Below are positions 42,163 to 64,000 of a stretch of 64,000 nucleotides of DNA, piece by piece. Location: assembly GCA_002269645.1 (NCBI GenBank), contig NIVC01000194.1, positions 62,001 through 126,000 on the forward strand, read 5' to 3'. Source of the DNA: Macrostomum lignano. Taxonomy: Eukaryota. Made by a program: the position numbers and the translations under genes. The notes under the pieces are model-generated. The model was not told the origin of the DNA, searched no databases, and saw only the letters and a program-made list of their open reading frames with translations. Numbering within the stretch: position 1 is the stretch's first letter; each line of letters starts with the position of its first letter.

Positions 42163-43169
42163 CATGGCAACCAGCTTCATCGCTACTCCAGTCTATGTTC
42201 TGCCCCGCAGCGGCCTGTCTGGCCCAGCTGGTCCTCTGCGAGAGCCTGCCGGGCTCCTGGCACCGCCTGAGCAGCCCGCAGTGCCTGCCTGAGAATCTGA
42301 CAGTGCGGGCGGCCCAGACTCCGAGAGGAATCAGCGAGTGCCTCATGGAGGCTGGCTCGAGCGGCCTGCAGGTGGCCCAGTTCGACTCGTACAGCCGCGA
42401 CTGCTGATCGCTCTTCCAATTCACCGCAGTGTGCCACCTGATCGATGGACTCGCTGCTGCGGAGAGCTCGCAGCCCCGCCGCTGTGCCGCATTCGCCAAT
42501 GACAGAGCTGCGTTCTTCATCACTTTGAGCAGTGATGGGTGTGGTCTCGAAGCTGAGGGCCGCCTTGGTGATGAGCGCCAGCAGGAGCAACTTGGTGTGC
42601 GGCCAGACGGAGCAGTGGATGTCGGAGAATGTGGAGTGGAGCAGCGAGGGAGCCAAGCTCGACGGAGTGTCGTCCAAGATGTGGCTGGAGAACGTGGAGT
42701 TCGCGAACCTGCAGCAGGGACTCACGTGGCTGGTCAGGCTCAAGCGGGAGATCGGGGATGCACCAATTCTTGAGAGCTACGACTGCACCGCTTGGAGTGG
42801 CTTTGGAGCCGCCTTCTGGGACGGAGCTTCAAGAGGCCTGTTCGGCGTCAGGATCGCTTCGAGTTATTCTTCTTACCAAACCGCACTGGAAACAAACTTT
42901 TTGACGCGAATTCGTTCGTGGAAGTCGGCCTGACGTCGGCGTCAGTCTCGAGCCGAACTTTCTTCTCCAACGGAGGCTTCGTGCCGCGGGAAAAGGGGAC
43001 TGTGATTGGCTCATATACTGCATCGGGTATTCCCAACTGCACCAGTCTGAGACTCGGATTTCAACGTGGCGACTCGCGAATGCTGAACGGCACGGTGCAG
43101 GCAGTGGCTGTCATGAACGACTCAATGACCGAGGCTGAGATCCGCAGCTTCTTCGGTCTGGTGCGCTGA
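42163..43169 (+). pseudogene. disrupted secreted-protein gene: signal-like N-terminus, PAN/apple-like Cys module and LamG/concanavalin-like domain
   Basis: GC3-rich fragments: MFCPAAACLAQLVLCES...ISECLMEAGSSGLQVAQFDSYSRDC*SLF; ...NVEWSSEGAKLDGVSSKMWLENVEFANLQQGLTWLVRLK...APILES; RFELFFLPNRTG...LNGTVQAVAVMNDSMTEAEIRSFF*. Joining them needs a TGA at 42405-42407 and at least two frameshifts. Domain calls are pattern impressions. Confidence 0.5.
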
Positions 43170-43509
43170 ACTTCTGGTGAAAACTGGACGCACTGACTCA
43201 GAACTATGAAGGCTATAGATAATCCCAGTTGCTTTAATTCTGCTGCTTTGATCCCAGTAATCCCACTTGTTTTAATTCCAGTCGTTTACTCGTAATCCAT
43301 GTTGCTTCAATCCATGTTGCTTAAATGCCAATAGTTTTAATTGCTGGGGCTTTAACCCATGTTGGTTATTCCCAGTTGCTTTAAATTCCTGCTGCTCTGA
43401 TCCTAGTGGCTTTAATCCTACTTGTTTTTATCCCAGCTGTTTTAATCCTTGTTGCTTTAATCCCTGCTGGTTTAATCCCTGCTGGTTCAATCTTTGTAGC
43501 TTAACGGAC

Positions 43510-44451
43510 CAGTCAGTCAGTCAGTCAGTCAGTCAGTCAGTCAGTCAGTCAGTCAGTCAGTCAGTCAGTCAGTCAGTCAGTCAGTCAGTCAGTCAGTCAG
43601 TCAGTCAGTCAGTCAGTCAGTCAGTCAGTCAGTCAGTCAGTTAATCAGTCAGTCAGTCAGTCAGTTAGTCAGTCAGTCAGTCAGTCAGTCAGTCAGTCAG
43701 TCAGTCAGTCAGTCAGTCAGTCAGTCACTCACTCACTCACTCAAGTCAGTCAGTCAGTCAGTCAGTCAGTCACCCACTCACTCAAGTCAGTCAGTCAGTC
43801 AGTCAGTCAGTCACCCACTCACTCAAGTCAGTCAGTCAGTCAGTCAGTCAGTCACCCACTCACTCAAGTCAGTCAGTCAGTCAGTCAGTCAGTCACCCAC
43901 TCACTCAAGTCAGTCAGTCAGTCAGTCAGTCACCCACTCACTCAAGTCAGTCAGTCACCCACTCACTCAAGTCAATCAGTCAGTCAGTCAGTCAGTCACT
44001 CACTCACTCACTCACTCACTCAAGTCAGTCAGTCAGTCAGTCAGTCAGTCAGTCACCCACTCACTCAAGTCAGTCAGTCAGTCAGTCAGTCACCCACTCA
44101 CTCAAGTCAGTCAGTCAGTCACCCACTCACTCAAGTCAGTCAGTCAGTCAGTCAGTCACCCACTCACTCAAGTCAGTCAGTCAGTCAGTCAGTCACCCAC
44201 TCACTCAAGTCAGTCAGTCAGTCAGTCAGTCAGTCACTCACTCACTCAAGTCAGTCAGTCAGTCAGTCAGTCAGTCAGTCAGTCAGTCAGTCAGTCAGTC
44301 AGTCAGTCAGTCACTCAAGTCAGTCAGTCAGTCAGTCACTCACTCACTCAAGTCAGTCAGTCAGTCAGTCAGTCAGTCACTCACTCAAGTCAGTCAGTCA
44401 GTCAGTCAGTCAGTCAGTCAGTCACCCACTCACTCAAGTCAGTCAGTCAGT
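43510..44451. repeat. (AGTC)n microsatellite with interspersed ACTC/ACCC variant blocks
   Basis: Direct reading. Confidence 0.95.
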
Positions 44452-44764
44452 ATAAAGAGAGTTTGAAAAAAGACTCTGAAAAAATTTGTTTCTTTAGTGT
44501 ATTAGGCAAATATATTTGAAGCCAATTCGAAAGCTGGTTAATTAATAATCCTAAGTACGAGCCAACTCACAAACTTTGAACTCACAAACCAATCGACAAG
44601 AGTTCAGAAGAAATTCAGCCATCAGAAGAGGAACAAATTTGTCCTTACAACGTTTTGGGTTGATTTTAAGTATGAATTGAACCAGGGAAGATGTCAGTTA
44701 TATATTGCTAGTCACCATGGTTGTAGAGGAAGCTGAAACGAGTCCGATCCAACATCATCATCTG

Positions 44765-45718
44765 CTAGTCATCCTCAATGCCAAGGTCCCGAAGTCGCTT
44801 CTGCAGCTGAGCGATCCTCTCCTCACTGGCTCTGGTAGTGATGATGACGTCCAGGCATTTCAGTATCTCCGTGAACTGCGTACTCCACTGGATGCTGGCG
44901 GCTCGGTCACAGCTGACCGTCAGGTCGCGGGCAAGGGCAGCGGCCAAGCCTTTGTCGCAGTTCTGCATGATCCGGCGTGGCAGCGCTCGCTTTGTCCTCC
45001 TGATTCCGTTCGCCTGTTTGAAATTTTTAATGGCTTTTTTAAACATCGAAGCGGCCATGTCCAAGGTCTGAGCGCCGTAATAAAAGCCGAGCATCACGAC
45101 ACCGGCAGAGCCCACCGTCCAGCCCAGCGCTTCGGCCACTCGAAGCCACATGTCTCTGCCCGCTTTTCTGCTTATTTCGATCGACTGCCGGTCCATTTCG
45201 GCTTGAAGCTGCTCAGTCAGCTGCTGCGCCCTGCTCAGCTGACTGTTGAACGCCTCGAATGTGCTGGAGAAGGCTTCCCCCATCTGCTCAAACTGCCGCA
45301 GGAAGGCGCACAAGTTCTCTACGACCTGTCGTGGTACCGACGAGGAACCGGCTTTGATTTTATTAACAAAGCCGTCGAATTCTCGGATTGCTGTGTCGGA
45401 GCTACGAAGCCAGCGCTCGAGCTCGCAGCTGGTGTCGCGGGCTGTGCACAGTTCCAACCGCAGCGAGCTCAGCAACGGAGTCAGCGCATCTGTCAGCTTC
45501 AAGATGCGCGCCTTCCAATAACTCCTTTCTTTGCTCGAAAGCTTCAAGTCATCGAGCTGCTCACCCTTCGGCAGGCTGAATTTCTCCACCACATCCGCGT
45601 GCTTTTTGACCTCTTCGATAGCGCGGCCCAGCTCCGGTCTGGTGTCTCGCAGCGGCTTGATTTCCAAGATCGCCTTGCTGATGCAGTTCAGAATGTCGAA
45701 AATGTCGCTCTCGGCCAT
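44765..45718 (-). CDS. intronless 317-aa all-helical/coiled-coil protein of unknown family with one central Gly-rich hydrophobic segment
   Basis: ATG at 45718, stop at 44765, G/C-ending codon bias and amphipathic heptad-like pattern. Hydrophobic stretch MWLRVAEALGWTVGSAGVVMLGFYYGA at about aa 190-216. A diverged paralog lies at 38.9-39.6 kb on the same strand. Confidence 0.75.
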   Translation of the reverse strand: MAESDIFDILNCISKAILEIKPLRDTRPELGRAIEEVKKHADVVEKFSLPKGEQLDDLKLSSKERSYWKARILKLTDALTPLLSSLRLELCTARDTSCELERWLRSSDTAIREFDGFVNKIKAGSSSVPRQVVENLCAFLRQFEQMGEAFSSTFEAFNSQLSRAQQLTEQLQAEMDRQSIEISRKAGRDMWLRVAEALGWTVGSAGVVMLGFYYGAQTLDMAASMFKKAIKNFKQANGIRRTKRALPRRIMQNCDKGLAAALARDLTVSCDRAASIQWSTQFTEILKCLDVIITTRASEERIAQLQKRLRDLGIEDD

Positions 45719-48146
45719 GATTTCTGTGATCCAAGTTTACTTTTGTTACTTGTACTTTTTGTGTTGACCACCTCTGATGCAGATCAGATAAAATATTGTG
45801 AGCTCAAAAGATCCGCGGTAGCTTTCATACGAGCTGCATATTGATCAATAGATTATGAACTTAAGTAGCAAGGATATAAATGAAAGAACGGGAGTGAATC
45901 AACCAATAGAACGGTGCCATGACCGACTCACGATTCATCTGTGCGTCATCGCAAGAATGCTTTCGCGAGACAGAACAACTCAATACTGTTTAAAACTGCA
46001 TACTCATTCGGTACCTTGTTGCATGTACGTAAGCGCTTCTGCGCGCGTGTACATGTATGGTTTAGCACACCGAACTCACATTTGGTAACAATGGACCGAA
46101 AGTGGAAGTTCCCTCTACGCATTGCACACGGAAGCACATATGAATATCCCTCAAGGCCAGTAAAATAATATAGTTCCCTTTTGCGTTTAATTACAAGTAG
46201 TGTGAATGACATGCGGTTAACATGTAGTTTAATTAGTTTAATTAGTCTGTCCGACTAAGAAACAATTTTTAACTGCGGGAACATACAGCTGAAAAAATAT
46301 TGGGCATAAAGTGGAAAAAACCATCTGTAAATTTCCACATGAAGGTGCATGCAAGGACTTACTTTAGAAGAGTAGTAGGAATTCATGATTTAGGTAGTGT
46401 CTTAATGTGGCTGCATATACGAGCGTATTTATTGTATATTTACTGTACTGTATGACTGTATTATGGCAAGCCCTCAAATTCTCCTATTCTCAAAAGTGGG
46501 CGTTCAAGCGAGTCATCCAAGTCCAAGCATTCTTACCGGTAAATACATGTACCTGCTTGTATGCAAAAGAGGTTGCTTTAAAAGTGAAATAAGTTAGGAC
46601 AGCTAAAGACAAGTCAGCAAGGGCGCGTGATTGACTAGCTGTTGCAGTATTCGCAGTGCAGTAGCACTAACACCATTCTTGTATCGCAACACAATTTTTG
46701 CTCGTGTGGAATACTATAAATCTTCTGCCCCGAAAATAGACAAGACAAGGACCACTATATAGCTATATAGCTATATACAGTGGTCCTTGAGACAAGTACC
46801 GGTAACACTCTCCAGCGTTTTCGTAGCCTCATGCAGTCTGGCGGTGTCATCTATAATAGCTTCATTGACTATTCGATCTGGACAAGTTACTTATTACGAA
46901 AGTAACGCCAATTGTTTCTGTTGTTTTGTTTCATTGATTACTTGGTTCATTTTACTTGGCTCGTTTTTGTAAATTAAAACGTAAACATAAATTGAATTTC
47001 AATTTTGCCTACGGATTCAGATGGGGCCATAATAGAATCCTCCGGACGATTGTTTGCAGTTTTTTAAACAAAAATAATACAATAATTAAAATATTGACTG
47101 ATTAAAAATAACTTTTAAGCTATCCTTAAGGCTTTATATATTAAGCTCACGTTAAGCACGAAATATCTCTACAACTTATCCAGAAGTTAATTGAGTGCTG
47201 CATTATATTTCAACTTACCCACCAGCGATCATATTTTATATATATATATATTTAACATAGCACGAGCACGAGGCTCGACAAATTTATCTTTATAAACTTG
47301 GTTCGTAGATCAAGTCTTTATTTACAAATTACTTCTCTGCAGTCACTTCCTACGTAAAAGTTGAAATACTGAACGGTAAACTCTAAACCAGTCTATTTTT
47401 TGTTTCTAACTGAAAGCTTCATTTATTCTTAATCTTAGACTTAGGGAGTCCACGCATCGATGTTATCATTAAAACAACTCTTCTATCACTGTATGCATAA
47501 AATATCTTTTGATTTTTTTCAATCAGAGAAATTTTAGATAGGTTAGTCGTCACGACTATAATGCCAGCATTTGAAATTACAACAGCAGAATTCATTCTAA
47601 TATTATTCTAAATGAATATTGGCTCCTGATATTCTCAAGTTTTTACACTTTAATTCTGTTTTATTGTTTTGTTAAGCATAAGATTTCAAAGTTAAAAGAG
47701 TCACTCGACTTGAATTTTAAAGATCTTATAAGATAGTAATACTATAACTTTGAAGCATTGTGTATTTCTAGTGTATAGCTAAATTATATTAAAATTGAAA
47801 TATTTATTTGAACCTACAGAAGATCGAGTTGACACAGATAAGAAATTAAATTCCTTAATCGATCACATAAAATAACTGTAACAGCTCTATAGAAATTATA
47901 AAAGAAAAATGAACTTCAAATTGAGTTTTAATGCAATAGAGTTTAGTGGAATTGAAATTAAATGGTATTTAGCAATAATAAATTATTCCATAATTCTATC
48001 TAACAAAGACAGGATATAAAAATGAGGTTCTAAGATTTTCTAACTGACTTTCAGTTACAAAAAATCAAAATCTTGAATTTTGAATAAACAGGAATTTTAA
48101 ATTGAAACTCCTCATTCTCCAATAGCTCCGGAAAGCCCCAGCAGCC

Positions 48147-63612
<15,466 letters not shown>

Positions 63613-63823
63613 GTGAGTGGCCGCTCGGGGGAGCCGCCTACAGTGCGGGGATTCGGGGGAACTTTGCGGGGCATGCTAGAGAATGAGGAAGCGTTTATAG
63701 TAGAGCTGGATTCAGTCAGTGAGTCGCTTTTTAGTTTTCTGTGCGCGCGGGGGGAGTGCATGCAGCTACGTGTGTGTTGGAGGCGCAGGTCGCTTTGTCA
63801 CTGGGCCATCGGGTGTCAGCGGG

Positions 63824-64000
63824 GCTGGCCTGGGGCGAACTGCTGCTGAGGCTGCTGGCCTGGGGCGAACTGCTGCTGAGGCTGCTGGCCTGGGGCGAAC
63901 TGCTGCTGAGGCTGCTGGCCTGGGGCGAACTGCTGCTGAGGCTGGCCTGGGGCGAACTGCTGCTGAGGCTGGCCTGGGGCGAACTGCTGCTGAGGCTGCT
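63824..64000. repeat. 27-30-bp tandem repeat in SHIP intron 9, continuing past the window
   Basis: (GCTGGCCTGGGGCGAACTGCTGCTGAGGCT)n. Confidence 0.9.

Noticed and set aside
42405-42407. Selenocysteine read-through of the in-frame TGA
   Set aside because: The same gene needs additional frameshifts and I recognised no SECIS. Pseudogenisation or sequence error is simpler.
44705-45844. 379-aa plus-strand ORF, longer than the minus-strand call
   Set aside because: It has no ATG start and is the antisense shadow. The minus-strand ORF has an ATG, codon bias and a same-strand paralog.

Overview
Eukaryotic (metazoan) genomic DNA: GC-rich spliceosomal exons separated by introns largely filled with unrelated minisatellites. 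This style suggests a flatworm such as Macrostomum, but that is inference only. From left to right: an intronic 42-bp palindromic satellite of at least 11.8 kb; the 3' exons of PINCH/LIMS (+); an intronless Methuselah/adhesion-like GPCR (-); a complete 7-exon MCM5 (-); a 1.12-kb P-element-like transposon (TIRs, 8-bp TSD) that keeps only a spliced THAP domain; a decayed LOA/R1-type LINE lacking its whole RT domain; an island of unusual genes (two paralogous helical proteins of unknown family, one intact and one broken; an intact 3-exon PP1-like protein that has lost most catalytic residues; a broken PAN+LamG-like gene); and the first 9 coding exons of a SHIP-type SH2 inositol 5-phosphatase (+), with a candidate 9-nt microexon. 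Two tRNA-derived SINE copies are also present. Nearly all long ORFs in the supplied track over 1-12 kb and over the other tandem arrays are repeat artefacts. All gene models were built by hand from splice signals, frame arithmetic and recalled family motifs; no searches were run.
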